Made by a program: the position numbers and the translations under genes
DNA from: a bacterium
GTDB taxonomy: Bacteria; UBA8248
DNA length: 64,000 nucleotides
Assembly (NCBI GenBank): GCA_965199855.1
Contig: OZ241326.1
Span: 896,001 to 960,000 of the forward strand
Direction: 5' to 3'
Notes under the pieces: model-generated
Seen by the model: only the letters and a program-made list of their open reading frames with translations
The model's database searches: none
Told to the model about the DNA's origin: nothing
Part shown: in pieces, positions 12,730 through 22,944 of the stretch
Layout of the letters: each line of letters begins with the position of its first letter
How positions within the stretch are numbered: the first letter of the stretch is position 1

Positions 12730-12980
12730 GAATTTCTTGCAAATTCCGACAAATTCACGGCCTTTTTCCTGCAAATACGCAGCTATTTCCCGTCCTTTTT
12801 CCACCCTTTTGACGACCCCGCCCGGTTTCCGAATCATCTTGTTCTCCTCTTCACTTTTCCCGTCCCGGCGCGCCTCTTTTCTCGCCCCGCGCGTCTCTTC
12901 ACGCATCCGCAATATAACCCTTCCGCGCCGCCCCTCCACGGCGCAAATGCGGGCTGATGCGGGCAAATGCGCGCGAGGCT
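12730..12980 (+). repeat. non-coding dispersed element, copy A (inverted relative to copy B at 35210-35430)
   Basis: shared blocks GACAAATTCA, CAAATACGCAGCT, TTTCCCGTCCTTTTTC, TTTGACGA.CCCGCCCG, AATATAACCC, GCAAATGCGGGC in the same order. Confidence 0.75.
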
Positions 12981-13130
12981 CCACTTTCACGGCGCGATCC
13001 TCGGAAAAACGCCCGCTTCCCGGTCGAAGGCGCGGCCCGCAGGCGCGCCTCGGGAGCCGCCCGGGCGCCCCTTCTCCTCCGCAACGCTTCAAGAGTTCAC
13101 AAATCAAGCCGTTCGGGATACGCTTTTCAC

Positions 13131-13736
13131 ATGGCCGCCTATCGCTTGCCCCTGTTTCCGCTCCGGGTCGTGCTCTTTCCCGAACAGCGCCTGCCCCTGC
13201 ATATCTTCGAGGAGCGCTACAAGATCATGATTGGCGAGCGCATGGAGGAGAACGTGCCCTTCGGGATCGTCTTGGCGGAGAAAAGCGGCATCCACAAAGT
13301 CGGCTGCGCGGCCCGCGTCATCCAGCTGCTCGAAAAATTCCCCGACGGCCGGATGAACATCCTGACCCGGGGCGAGCGGCGCTTCGAGCTCTTTCGCACC
13401 TACGACTCCCGCCCCTGCCTGGAGGGAGAGGCGGGCGACGTCCATGACGAGGCGGAAGACGCCGGGGCGCTGTGCCGAAGCGTATGGGACGCCCTCAAAA
13501 AGCGGGGGCCGGCGCTTCCGGGCTTGCCAGAAGAATGGCGAAGCGATCCGTTTCGCCTCTCCTTCGCTCTCGCCGAGGCCCTGAGACTTTCCCTTCCGGA
13601 GAAGCAGGCCTTCCTCGAGTCGCGCTCGCCCAGATGGCGCCTGAAGCGGCTGCTGGAAATCCTTGAAAATCAAAAGACGCGGGCGTCCGCGCTGAACGCC
13701 TACGAAAAGACCGCCCACCGAAACGGCCGCCCCTGA
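13131..13736 (+). CDS. LON peptidase N-terminal (substrate-binding) domain protein
   Basis: LPLFPLRVVLFP..LPLHIFEERY, DGRMNILTRGERRF. Confidence 0.9.
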   Translation: MAAYRLPLFPLRVVLFPEQRLPLHIFEERYKIMIGERMEENVPFGIVLAEKSGIHKVGCAARVIQLLEKFPDGRMNILTRGERRFELFRTYDSRPCLEGEAGDVHDEAEDAGALCRSVWDALKKRGPALPGLPEEWRSDPFRLSFALAEALRLSLPEKQAFLESRSPRWRLKRLLEILENQKTRASALNAYEKTAHRNGRP

Positions 13737-13766
13737 CGGCCGGCGTCGGGGCGGAGCGCAGCGGCC

Positions 13767-14561
13767 TCAAGCGCCGCCGCCGTCGCCCTCGCAAATCCGG
13801 ACGCGCTCGATGGAGAGCGCCCTTCCGGCGTCCGGCTCCATCTCGACGAGCGCGCCGTCGAGCTGCCCTTCTCCTCCGGCGACCTCGAAGCGGCGCGGAA
13901 GCCCGGACAAGAACCTGTCCACAACGATCTCCGTCTTCATGCCGATGACGGAGTTGCGGGGCCCCGTCATCCCTGCGTCCGTGATGAAGGCGGTTCCCCT
14001 GGGCAATACCCGCTCATCCGCCGTCTGGATGTGGGTGTGCGTCCCCAAAACGGCGCTCACGCGGCCGTCGAGGTGCCAGCCCATCGCCACCTTCTCGCTC
14101 GTGGCCTCCGCGTGAAAGTCAACCATGATCATCTTCGTCTCACGCCTCATGCTTCCCAGGATTTCGTCGGCTTCCCGGAAGGGGCACTCGGCGGGCGGCA
14201 TGAAGACGCGGCCCATGAGGTTCACGACGCCCAGGCGCCCCTTTTCGCATTCCAGAATGAAGGCGCCCTTGCCCGGCGTTTTCGGGGGGTAGTTCGCGGG
14301 CCTGAGCAGGCGGGGTTCGCGCAGGATGAAATCCGCGGTTTCCTTGCGGCGCCAGATGTGATTCCCCGACGTGATGACGTCCGCGCCCGCGTCGAGGAGC
14401 TCGTCGACGTGCGCGTTGCTGATCCCGAAGCCGCTCGTCGCGTTCTCCCCGTTGATGACGCACACGTCCGCCCCGCGCTCCTCCCGGAGGGCGCGGAGAT
14501 GGGCGGAAACCATGCGCCGGCCCACTTTTCCGTTGACGTCTCCGACGAAAAGGAGCCTCAA
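13767..14561 (-). CDS. ymdB: YmdB-family metallophosphoesterase
   Basis: LFVGDVNG, NGEN, TSGNH, DFHAEATSEK, GTHTH; downstream of rny; TTG start. Confidence 0.95.
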   Translation of the reverse strand: MRLLFVGDVNGKVGRRMVSAHLRALREERGADVCVINGENATSGFGISNAHVDELLDAGADVITSGNHIWRRKETADFILREPRLLRPANYPPKTPGKGAFILECEKGRLGVVNLMGRVFMPPAECPFREADEILGSMRRETKMIMVDFHAEATSEKVAMGWHLDGRVSAVLGTHTHIQTADERVLPRGTAFITDAGMTGPRNSVIGMKTEIVVDRFLSGLPRRFEVAGGEGQLDGALVEMEPDAGRALSIERVRICEGDGGGA

Positions 14562-14568
14562 GGCGGCC

Positions 14569-16152
14569 TCAGCGCGCGGTGGCCGTATGGCGGGTTTCGC
14601 GGATGACGGTGACGAGGATTTCCCCCGGATAGGTGCGCTCGCTCTCGATCCGCTTGGCGATGTCCCGCGCGAGGAAGGTCGCCTGCGAATCGGTGATCTC
14701 ATCGGGCAGGACGGACACGCGAATCTCGCGGCCCGCCTGGATGGCGAAGCACTTCTCCACGCCCCTGAAGGACTCGGCGATCTTCTCCAGCGCCTCGAGG
14801 CGCTTGATGTAGCTTTCCACCATCTCGCGCCTCGCGCCCGGCCGGGCGGCGGAGAGCGTGTCGGCCGCCTTCACCAGGACGGATTCGATGCAGTTCGCCT
14901 CCTCGTCCTCGTGGTGGGAGACAATCGCGTTGAGCACCTCAGGCGGCTCGTTGTAGCGCTTGGCGATATCGTAGCCTATCTGCACGTGGGAGCCCTCGAC
15001 CTCGTGCGTCGCCGCCTTGCCGATGTCGTGGAACAAGCCGGCGCGCCTGGCCATCGCGGGGTCTATTTTCAATTCATCCGCCAGCATTCCGGCGAGATAG
15101 GCCACCTCCTTCGAGTGCATCAGCGCGTTCTGGCTGTAGCTCGTGCGGTATTTGAGGCGCCCCAGAAGCTTGACGAGTTCGGGGTGCGCGTCGCCGATCC
15201 CCAGCTCCGCGACGGCCTCCTCGCCCGCCCGGCGTATCTGCCCGTCGATGTCCTTCTTCGTCTTGTTGACGATGTCCTCGATGCGGCCCGGGTGGATTCT
15301 CCCGTCCTGCACCAGCGCCTCGAGCGCGAGGCGCGCCGTCTCGCGGCGAATCTTGTCGAAGCCGGAGACGACGACGGCCTCCGGCGTGTCGTCGATGATC
15401 ACGTCCACGCCGGTCGCCATCTCCAGGGCGCGGATGTTTCTGCCTTCGCGCCCGATGATGCGGCCCTTCATCTCATCGGTCGGCAAATCCACCACGCTCA
15501 CCAGATTTTCCGCCACGTGCTCGGAGGAGAAGCGCTCCACGGCGAGGGCGAGCGCCTTTCTCGCCTCGGAGTCCACGGAATTTCTCGCCTGCCGCTCGAT
15601 GCGCCGCACCTCGGCGGCTATATCCTGCTTCGCCTCCTCCATGAAGCGATCCATCAGCTCCTTTTTGGCGTTCTCGGCGCTCAGACCGGAGATTTCCTCA
15701 AGCTTTCTGACTTCCTCCTCCTGCAGCTCTTTGTACCGCGCCTGCTCGCGCCTCAGCTCCTGCTCCCTCTCGCCCAGTTCGGCGGCGCGGCGCTCGACGG
15801 CCGCCTCCTTGGCGTCCATGCTCTCGCGGCGCCTCTCCAGCGTCTCTTCGCGCTGGTTCACCCTTTGCTCGAGCTTCTGAATCTCCTCCACGCGGGCCTC
15901 GTTCTCCCGCTGAATGCGCTCCCTCTCCTGGAGCAGCTCCGCCTTGTGCGCCACCTCCGATTCCTGAATCTTCCGCGAGAGCTCCTTCGAGGCGCTCTCC
16001 TCGGCCTGGCGAATCCGCTCGCCGGAATCCGCCTCCCGCCGGGCGATCTCCCCGTCATGCCGGCGCCGCATCGCCCGCATGACGAAGAGCAGAGCCGCGC
16101 AAGCGGCGGCAACGGCGACAACGATGATCCGCAACAACGCCACGTTATCCAT
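14569..16152 (-). CDS. rny: ribonuclease Y
   Basis: N-terminal TM, coiled coil, KH ([14 protein letters not shown]), HD (LFHDIGK). Confidence 0.97.
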   Translation of the reverse strand: MDNVALLRIIVVAVAAACAALLFVMRAMRRRHDGEIARREADSGERIRQAEESASKELSRKIQESEVAHKAELLQERERIQRENEARVEEIQKLEQRVNQREETLERRRESMDAKEAAVERRAAELGEREQELRREQARYKELQEEEVRKLEEISGLSAENAKKELMDRFMEEAKQDIAAEVRRIERQARNSVDSEARKALALAVERFSSEHVAENLVSVVDLPTDEMKGRIIGREGRNIRALEMATGVDVIIDDTPEAVVVSGFDKIRRETARLALEALVQDGRIHPGRIEDIVNKTKKDIDGQIRRAGEEAVAELGIGDAHPELVKLLGRLKYRTSYSQNALMHSKEVAYLAGMLADELKIDPAMARRAGLFHDIGKAATHEVEGSHVQIGYDIAKRYNEPPEVLNAIVSHHEDEEANCIESVLVKAADTLSAARPGARREMVESYIKRLEALEKIAESFRGVEKCFAIQAGREIRVSVLPDEITDSQATFLARDIAKRIESERTYPGEILVTVIRETRHTATAR

Positions 16153-16161
16153 GTTCGCCTC

Positions 16162-16779
16162 CTAGGGCATATATTCACGTGGAAGGCGCCGCAGCGCCTC
16201 CCTGTCGGTTATCACCCAATCGACATCGACGTCCCAGGCGTCCCGCTCCCAGGATTCGCCGGCGAGCAGCTGAAACGCATAGCAGACGCCCAGCAACAGG
16301 GGCCCGGAGTCGCGCGGAGCGCCGCCCCGCCGACCGAGCGCGCGGTCGTAGAATCCGCCGCCGCCGCCCAGCCGACCCCCGCGGGCGTCGAACGCAAGGC
16401 CGGGGACGACGACTGCGTCCAGTTCACGCGTGTCCAAGGCGGGAATATCGGGGAGGGGCTCCGGAATCCCGAACGCGCCGGGCCGCAACTCCGCATCGGG
16501 ATGATTCACCAGGCAGAAGCGCAAGGCGTCTTCTTCCACTCTGGGGAAGTAGTATCTTCTTCGGACGCCGCTTCCTTCGTTCCAGAGCGGCGAGAGATCC
16601 GCCTCGCCGCGAACCGCCGAGTACACCCCCATCCTGCGGACGCCCATGAAGCGCAAAAGCGCCTCCAGGCGCCGCCCCGCCGACCGGCTCCGCCTGCCGG
16701 CCTCGGCGGGAGAGAGACCCGCCCTCATCTCCTCCATTCTCAGCCGAACGGCCCGCTTTCCGCCGCCTGATCCGGCCAT
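16162..16779 (-). CDS. 5-formyltetrahydrofolate cyclo-ligase
   Basis: FGIPEP, VVPGLAFD..GGRLGGGGGFYDR; downstream of 6S RNA. Confidence 0.9.
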   Translation of the reverse strand: MAGSGGGKRAVRLRMEEMRAGLSPAEAGRRSRSAGRRLEALLRFMGVRRMGVYSAVRGEADLSPLWNEGSGVRRRYYFPRVEEDALRFCLVNHPDAELRPGAFGIPEPLPDIPALDTRELDAVVVPGLAFDARGGRLGGGGGFYDRALGRRGGAPRDSGPLLLGVCYAFQLLAGESWERDAWDVDVDWVITDREALRRLPREYMP

Positions 16780-16871
16780 GAGTCCGCTTTCATCGCCGCG
16801 GCCGAGCCTCAGCCGCCCGGCGAGCGAAAATCCCGGGCGCGCCCGGAGAGCCCGCCCGAATGATGACCCCG

Positions 16872-17042
16872 CCCCTGTGCCGTGTGAGGTTCGCTTTGAA
16901 CCCAGCTTTCGCCAGGTGGGCGTCCAGATCCCCAGCTTTAGGCCCGACTCCCCGAGAGGAGGCGCTCACCACCGGGGAGAAGAACTCCCGTCAAAGTAGT
17001 ACTGGGTCAAGATGCTTTCCCCCATCACGAACACGGCAGGGC
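16872..17042 (-). ncRNA. ssrS: 6S RNA
   Basis: lies between zapA and 5-FCL (canonical synteny); ends pair (CCCUGCCGUGU / ACACGGCACAGGG); UUGACCCAG pairs with CUGGGUUCAA around a central bubble. Confidence 0.85.
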
Positions 17043-17121
17043 CAAAGCAAAACCGCACTATGCCACCAAAGCCGGAGGATTGATACCGGGGGGAAGCTGC
17101 CGCGTGGAGAGAGATTTCGGC

Positions 17122-17400
17122 TCAGCCCGCTCGTTTCACCAGGTCCAGGAGGGAGTCGGCGCGCTGCGAGAGGGCCTCTTCGCTCTCTTCCTTCGCCTTC
17201 TTCTCCTCGAACAATTCGTTGGCGATGTTCATCGACGCGAGCAGAACGATCTTGATCGGATCGTTCGACTGGCGCGAGACCTTGTGAATCTGGCTGTCCA
17301 CGTATTCGGCGAGCTGCGAAGTATATTCGGGATTGGCCGAACTTCTCAGGTTCAGGGCCTGTCCAAAAATCTCCACAACGAGCTTGTTGCCCCCGGCCAT
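17122..17400 (-). CDS. zapA: cell division protein ZapA
   Basis: VEIFGQ, LAEYVDSQI, LASMNIANEL. Confidence 0.9.
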   Translation of the reverse strand: MAGGNKLVVEIFGQALNLRSSANPEYTSQLAEYVDSQIHKVSRQSNDPIKIVLLASMNIANELFEEKKAKEESEEALSQRADSLLDLVKRAG

Positions 17401-17453
17401 AAGCCGCCTCCTCACGCCGTCTTATGCCGTTCTCGTCCCCACCGCATCACAAG

Positions 17454-17708
17454 TTACTCGATATGGCTTAAAATCTTCTCCACCCGCTCCCGAACCTCGG
17501 CCTGCTCCTGCTGGAGCCGTTCGTTCTCCGCCCGGAGCTTCGCCAGCTCGTCCGCCTGGGCGCGCGCGGATTCCGAATCGGTGCGCGCCTCCTCCCTCGC
17601 CCTATCGAGCTGCGACTCCAGCTCCACCCGGGAACCCTTCAGCCTGTTGAGCTCCTCCAGCATGTTCGCGAGCGCGGCTTCGAGCGCATCCAGCTTTTCC
17701 ATGACCAT
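17454..17708 (-). CDS. ZapB-like coiled-coil protein
   Basis: pure coiled coil upstream of zapA ending VRERVEKILSHIE. Confidence 0.7.
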   Translation of the reverse strand: MVMEKLDALEAALANMLEELNRLKGSRVELESQLDRAREEARTDSESARAQADELAKLRAENERLQQEQAEVRERVEKILSHIE

Positions 17709-17770
17709 TCGACTGCTCTTCCCAAGGGCGAAAGAAAACCGGGAACGCGATTCACCAACGCATGCGCTTC

Positions 17771-17799
17771 ATTTTAGATTCGCAAACAGGCGGTGTCAA
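17771..17799 (-). promoter_or_regulatory. sigma70 promoter of the zapB-zapA-6S block
   Basis: TTGACA-N17-TAAAAT on the minus strand. Confidence 0.7.
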
Positions 17800-17808
17800 G
17801 GAAACTCA

Positions 17809-20220
17809 TCACGACCGAAGGCGCGCGCCAAGGCGCTTCGCCAAACTTCCGAGAATCTCCTCGAACGCCTCGCCGACCTGCGCGTCGGTGAGCGTGGCTT
17901 CGGGATGGCGGAACACCAGCGAATACGCCAAGCTCTTCTCACCGGAGGCCCTGAGGGCGGAATCTTCATAGACGTCGAACAGCTCCACCGATTCGAGCCA
18001 CTCCCCGCCCGCCTGCCGTATGACCTCTTCCACCTGTCCGTTGGTTCGTCCGGCGTCCACCACCACCGCCAGATCGCGCAGGGAGGCCGGGTATTTCGGC
18101 AGGGGCGTCACGCGCGAAGACGCGGGCTCGATTTCAGCCAAAGCGTCGAGGCTGATCTCGAAGGCGAAGGCACCGGTCTCGATGTCCCGGACGCTCAGCG
18201 CCTCGGGCGAGGGCATCCCGATGTGGCCCAGCGCGGCGTCGCCGGCGAGAATCCGCGAAACCGCGGCCGAATCCCACCCCGGAGCGGCGTCCGCCGGCTC
18301 GAATCGGAGGAGCCGCATCCTGAGCGAAGAGAGGAAGCGCTCGAGGACTCCCTTGAGCTCGAACAGGGCCTCCGAATGCGGCGCGTCCTCATCAGGCGGC
18401 GCGCTCGCCGCGAGGAGGCCGGCCAGGCGCAGCGTCTGCTCCGGCAACGCCTCTCCTTCCAGAGGATGAAACGAGCGTCCCAGCTCGAACAGGCGAACCT
18501 CGCGCGCCCCGCGGCTCATGTTGCGCGCCGCGTTCGCCAGCAGGCCCGCCAGCAGGGTGGTTCTGAGCGCATCCATCTCGGCGCTGAGCGGATTGCGCAG
18601 CGCCACCATCTCCGCATCGCGCCACCCCATGCGCCGCAGGGCGTCCCCGCTGACGAAGCTGTAGTTCAGCGCCTCGCTGAATCCTCCGGCCAGCATCATC
18701 CGCCGCGCCCGCAGCTCGAGAGAGCGGACGCGCGTCGCCCCTGCAACGGGCCTTCCCGCCGCCGGCAGGGTGGAGGGAATGCTCTCGTAGCCCACCCGCC
18801 TGGCCACCTCCTCGATCAGGTCGATTTCGCGCTCGATGTCCGGCCGGAACGTCGGCACCTCGACGCCCAGGACGCCGGCGTCCTCCGCGCTCACGGACAG
18901 CCCCAGGGATTCGAGGCTCTCCCTCACCCGGGACGCATCAAGAGAGACGCCGAGCAGGCCGGACGCGCGCGCCACCCGAATCGGCACCCGCTTCGGCGCG
19001 ATGGGCGACGGATAGGCGTCGACCACCCCGGCGGCGATGACGCCGCCCGCCGTCCGCCGGATGAGTTCGGCGGCCGAATCCGCCGCGCGGACGACGCCCG
19101 AGGGGTCCACCCCGCGCTCGAAGCGGTAGGACGCCTCCGTGGACATGCCCAGACGCCTGCGCGTGCGCCGGATGGCGACAGGCGCGAAGTAGGCGCTCTC
19201 AAGAAGAATGTCCCGCGTATCCGCGCTCACCTCGGAATCGAGGCCGCCCATCACGCCGCCGATGGCGACGGGCTTCTCCGCGTCGCATATCATGAGATCC
19301 TCCTCGTCCATCCCACGCTCCTGGCCATCCAGCGTGGTGAAGGGACCGTCGTCCCCGGCCCATCTCCTCACGACGATTTTCCGCCCCGCCAGGCGGCGCA
19401 AATCGAAGGCGTGGAGCGGCTGCCCCAAGGAGAGCATCACGTAGTTCGTAACATCGACCACGTTGTTGATCGGCCGCATCCCCGCCGCCCGCAGACGCCG
19501 CCGCATCCATCCGGGGGAGGAACCGATCCGCGCGCCCCGGACGACGCGGGCGGCGTAGCGCGGGCACTTGTCCGCGTCCTGAATCTCGACCGCGCAGATC
19601 GAAGCCGCAGGCGCGTTTTCATCCTCTCGCGCGGCGATCTCCGGCGTCCGCAGCGGCGCGCCCAAAAGAGCCGCCGCCTCGCGCGCCACGCCCAGGACGG
19701 AGAGGCAGTCCGCCCGGTTCGGGGTAATCGAGATGTCGAAAACGACGTCGTTCAGACCCAGGAGCTCCGCCGCGTCGCCCCCGACGGCGGGCGCGCCGTC
19801 CAGCGCCATGACGCCGCCGTGCTCCGCCCCCAGGCCAAGTTCGCGCTCCGAGCAGATCATCCCCTCGCTCCGCTCGCCGCGAATCTCGGCGATTCCGATC
19901 TCCATCCCCCCCGGCATCCGCGCTCCGGGCTTCGCCAGGACGACGCGCAGGCCCGCCTCGACGTTGGGCGCGCCGCACACCACGGATCGCTCCCGCGCGC
20001 CGTCGGCGAGGCGGCAGACCTTCAGTCTTTCCGCGTTCGGGTGCGGCGCCACGGACAACACCTCGGCCACCACCAGTCTGTCGCAGGCCCGCTCTGGACG
20101 CTCGAGGGCCTCGACCTCGAGGCCCGCCAGCAAAAGCCCGTTCGCCAGGCGTTCGGGCAGCTCCGGGTCTTCCAGGTCGAGCTCGACGAAATCGGCGAGC
20201 CACTCCAGGCTAATCCGCAT
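17809..20220 (-). CDS. pheT: phenylalanine--tRNA ligase beta subunit
   Basis: HPNAERL, CGAPNV, TPNRADCLS, ASYRFERGVD, DLIEEVAR. Confidence 0.98.
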   Translation of the reverse strand: MRISLEWLADFVELDLEDPELPERLANGLLLAGLEVEALERPERACDRLVVAEVLSVAPHPNAERLKVCRLADGARERSVVCGAPNVEAGLRVVLAKPGARMPGGMEIGIAEIRGERSEGMICSERELGLGAEHGGVMALDGAPAVGGDAAELLGLNDVVFDISITPNRADCLSVLGVAREAAALLGAPLRTPEIAAREDENAPAASICAVEIQDADKCPRYAARVVRGARIGSSPGWMRRRLRAAGMRPINNVVDVTNYVMLSLGQPLHAFDLRRLAGRKIVVRRWAGDDGPFTTLDGQERGMDEEDLMICDAEKPVAIGGVMGGLDSEVSADTRDILLESAYFAPVAIRRTRRRLGMSTEASYRFERGVDPSGVVRAADSAAELIRRTAGGVIAAGVVDAYPSPIAPKRVPIRVARASGLLGVSLDASRVRESLESLGLSVSAEDAGVLGVEVPTFRPDIEREIDLIEEVARRVGYESIPSTLPAAGRPVAGATRVRSLELRARRMMLAGGFSEALNYSFVSGDALRRMGWRDAEMVALRNPLSAEMDALRTTLLAGLLANAARNMSRGAREVRLFELGRSFHPLEGEALPEQTLRLAGLLAASAPPDEDAPHSEALFELKGVLERFLSSLRMRLLRFEPADAAPGWDSAAVSRILAGDAALGHIGMPSPEALSVRDIETGAFAFEISLDALAEIEPASSRVTPLPKYPASLRDLAVVVDAGRTNGQVEEVIRQAGGEWLESVELFDVYEDSALRASGEKSLAYSLVFRHPEATLTDAQVGEAFEEILGSLAKRLGARLRS

Positions 20221-20253
20221 GGGGCTTCCTCATCGCGCGTCCGGCGCGGGACT

Positions 20254-21366
20254 TCAGAACTGGCGCAGCATTCTCAAGTCATTCTCGAAGAAAAGGCGGA
20301 TGTCGCTGATGCCGTATCGAAGCATGGCGATGCGCTCCACGCCCAGGCCCCAGGCGAACCCGCTCCACTTCTCGGGGTCGTAGCCCACGGCCTCGAAGAC
20401 GGCGGGGTCCACCATCCCTGCGCCCAGAACCTCCATCCACTCCCCGCCCGCCAGATATTCGCTGGCGACGTCGACCTCCACGCTCGGCTCCGTGAAGGGG
20501 AAAAAGCTGGGCCGCATCCGCACCCGGTATTCGGGGCCGAAAATCTCGCGTACGAAAGTCTCCAGGGTTCCCTTGAGATCGGCGAGGGTTACGCCCTCGT
20601 CCACGTAGAGGCCCTCGATCTGGTGGAACATGGGCGAGTGCGTGACGTCGGCGTCGCAGCGGAACACCTTGCCGGGGGCGATGATCTTGACGGGCGGGGG
20701 CCGGCTCTCCATCACGCGAATCTGCACGGGCGAGGTGTGCGTGCGCAGCAGGGCGTCGCCCGCCAGATAAAACGTGTCCTGCATGTCGCGGGCCGGATGA
20801 TCCTTGGGAATGTTGAGAGCCTCGAAATTGTAGTAGTCGAGCTCCGCCTCCGGCCCCTCGGCCACGGAATAGCCCAGGCGCGCGAGCACCTCGATCAAAT
20901 CCTCCATGGTCTGCGTCAGCGGGTGTTCGTGGCCGATGAGCGGCGCGCGGCCGGGAATCGTGAGATCAACGCGGGGGCGCGAGGCGGCGGCGACCTCTCC
21001 GGCGGCCAGAATCCCGTCCGCCGTTCGCTTGAGCTTCTCGACCAGCGCCGCGCCCTTCTCCCTTCCCCCGAGCGCCTCGCCGAGGGCGCGGTGCGCTTCG
21101 ACGACTGCTTCCTTCTTCCCCTCCTTGATCGCCGAAACGCTCGCCTCGATGTAGGAGCGAACCGAATTGGCCAGCGAGCCGACGACGCGCTTCTCATCGG
21201 CGGACAAATCCTTCAGGCTCCTCATCACCCCGCTGAGCTCGCCTCCCTTGCGGCCCAGGTAGCGGATGCGTGCGCGCTCGGCCGCCCGCGCGTCGCGCGC
21301 CTCCCACGCCTCGGACACCGCGTCCGATGATTCACGGATGATGTCGAACAGGCGATCCTCGCTCAC
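20254..21366 (-). CDS. pheS: phenylalanine--tRNA ligase alpha subunit
   Basis: HPARDMQDTFY, LLRTHTSPVQ, FPFTEPS, GLGVERIAM. Confidence 0.98.
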   Translation of the reverse strand: MSEDRLFDIIRESSDAVSEAWEARDARAAERARIRYLGRKGGELSGVMRSLKDLSADEKRVVGSLANSVRSYIEASVSAIKEGKKEAVVEAHRALGEALGGREKGAALVEKLKRTADGILAAGEVAAASRPRVDLTIPGRAPLIGHEHPLTQTMEDLIEVLARLGYSVAEGPEAELDYYNFEALNIPKDHPARDMQDTFYLAGDALLRTHTSPVQIRVMESRPPPVKIIAPGKVFRCDADVTHSPMFHQIEGLYVDEGVTLADLKGTLETFVREIFGPEYRVRMRPSFFPFTEPSVEVDVASEYLAGGEWMEVLGAGMVDPAVFEAVGYDPEKWSGFAWGLGVERIAMLRYGISDIRLFFENDLRMLRQF

Positions 21367-21421
21367 GCTCTTCCCTTCCGCTTCCCGCCCCGGGAGACCG
21401 CGCGCCGCCGGGGACGCCTAT

Positions 21422-21451
21422 AAAAAAAGCCCCGCCCCGTAGGGCGGAGCC
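21422..21451 (-). terminator. intrinsic terminator after rplT
   Basis: GCTCCGCCC-TACG-GGGCGGGGC followed by T7 on the minus strand. Confidence 0.7.
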
Positions 21452-21476
21452 AGAAGCCGCGTATTCTCGCCCGACC

Positions 21477-21830
21477 TTAAGCCTGCGCCCGGGCGATTTC
21501 CGCCAGCTTGCCGAAAGCCTGGGGGTCGGAGACGGCCAGCTCCGCCAGAATCTTGCGGTTCACCTCCACGCCCGCCTGCCCCAGCCCCCAGATGAAGCGG
21601 CTGTAGTTCAGACCGTGCAGACGCGCCGCCGCGTTGATGCGAACGTTCCAAAGACGCCTGAACTCGCGCTTGCGCGCGCGGCGATCCCGATAGGCGTAGG
21701 CGCGGGCGCGATGGACTGACTCCTTGGCGGAGCGATAGCGCTTCGAGCGCGCGCCCCTGAAGCCCTTCGCCTCCTTCAAAAGCCTGCGATGCCGCTCTCT
21801 GGCGGCCGGTTTTCCTGTCGCGCGCGGCAT
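21477..21830 (-). CDS. rplT: 50S ribosomal protein L20
   Basis: [35 protein letters not shown]. Confidence 0.98.
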   Translation of the reverse strand: MPRATGKPAARERHRRLLKEAKGFRGARSKRYRSAKESVHRARAYAYRDRRARKREFRRLWNVRINAAARLHGLNYSRFIWGLGQAGVEVNRKILAELAVSDPQAFGKLAEIARAQA

Positions 21831-22024
21831 GGTTCGGACGCTCCCCTATGCGGTGTTCTTCCCGAAGTCCACCCGGCGGCCTCGCGCCTCCGCGATGTCA
21901 GGTTTCCGGCCGCCGACCGAGGGAATATACCCGTCCTGCCGAACGACCGCAAGCCCAAAGCGCCAAAAGCGAAAAAGGGGACTGCGCCCCCCGGCGAAGC
22001 CGCCCGTCCTTCGGTATGCGAGGC

Positions 22025-22222
22025 CTACAGATAGGGCAGCAGCCGCTTGATCATCTTCGCGTCCGTCTGGTTCGCGATGACGCCGTGGCGAAGCTCTCTT
22101 TTTCTCTTCGTCGTCTTCTTCGTCAGAATGTGCCGGTGATGGGAATGGGAGCGCTTCACCTTCCCCGTGGCCGTCAGTTTGAAGCGCTTGGCCGCCCCCC
22201 GGTTCGTCTTCATCTTAGGCAT
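22025..22222 (-). CDS. rpmI: 50S ribosomal protein L35
   Basis: [17 protein letters not shown]...LLPY. Confidence 0.98.
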   Translation of the reverse strand: MPKMKTNRGAAKRFKLTATGKVKRSHSHHRHILTKKTTKRKRELRHGVIANQTDAKMIKRLLPYL

Positions 22223-22943
22223 CTTCTTTCGCTTCTCCTTCAGGCTGCGCGTCATCGGCCCCCTCGGCCGGGCCGCGTTCGATTCCCGCCTTCTCGAGCG
22301 CCTCCGCCAGAGGGGTCGTCGGCTCCTCCCCGGCGCCCGGAGCGTCCGTCCTCCTGCCCGGCTTCTTCTTGGGCGTTGTATCTCTCCTGGGCGGCTTTGT
22401 CGATTTCGGCGCGAGCACCATCGTCATGTTGCGGCCCTCCAGGTTCGGGAACTGCTCCACCGCGCCGATTTCCAGCAGGTCGTTCGCCATGCGCTCCAGG
22501 AGCTTTCTGCCCAGCTCCGGGTGCGTCACCTCGCGCCCGCGAAACATGATGGTGACCTTCGCCTTGTTGCCGTCGTTCAGAAACCGCTCCGCGTGCCGCT
22601 TCTTGATCGCGTAGTCGTGCTCCTCAATCTTGATGCGCAGCTTGACCTCCTTCACCTCCACCACGCGCTGCTTTTTCTTGGCCTCCTGCGCCTTCTTCTG
22701 CTGGGTGTATTTGTAGCGGCCGAGATCCATGATTTTGCAGACGGGCGGATCCGCGTTGGGAGACACCTCCACCAGATCCAGGTCCCTCTCCTCGGCGGCC
22801 TCCACCGCCTCCTCCACCGGGAGGACGCCGAGCTGCTGCCCCTCCTCGTCGATGACCCTCACCATCGGAACGCGGATGTCCCGGTTCGCTCTGGGCCCGG
22901 TGGCCGTCGGGTGGATGTCCCGCCCTCGGAAGCGCGAGGCCAT
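22215..22943 (-). CDS. infC: translation initiation factor IF-3 with C-terminal extension
   Basis: [26 protein letters not shown]. Confidence 0.97.
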   Translation of the reverse strand: MASRFRGRDIHPTATGPRANRDIRVPMVRVIDEEGQQLGVLPVEEAVEAAEERDLDLVEVSPNADPPVCKIMDLGRYKYTQQKKAQEAKKKQRVVEVKEVKLRIKIEEHDYAIKKRHAERFLNDGNKAKVTIMFRGREVTHPELGRKLLERMANDLLEIGAVEQFPNLEGRNMTMVLAPKSTKPPRRDTTPKKKPGRRTDAPGAGEEPTTPLAEALEKAGIERGPAEGADDAQPEGEAKEDA

Positions 22944-22944
22944 G

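Noticed and set aside
12724-13107. Dispersed element read as a small protein (KGREIAAYL)
   Set aside because: The second copy does not keep the reading frame across the shared blocks.
16170-16186. Second parS-like sequence (TTCACGTGGAA)
   Set aside because: Outer arms do not match the consensus and it lies in a coding region.
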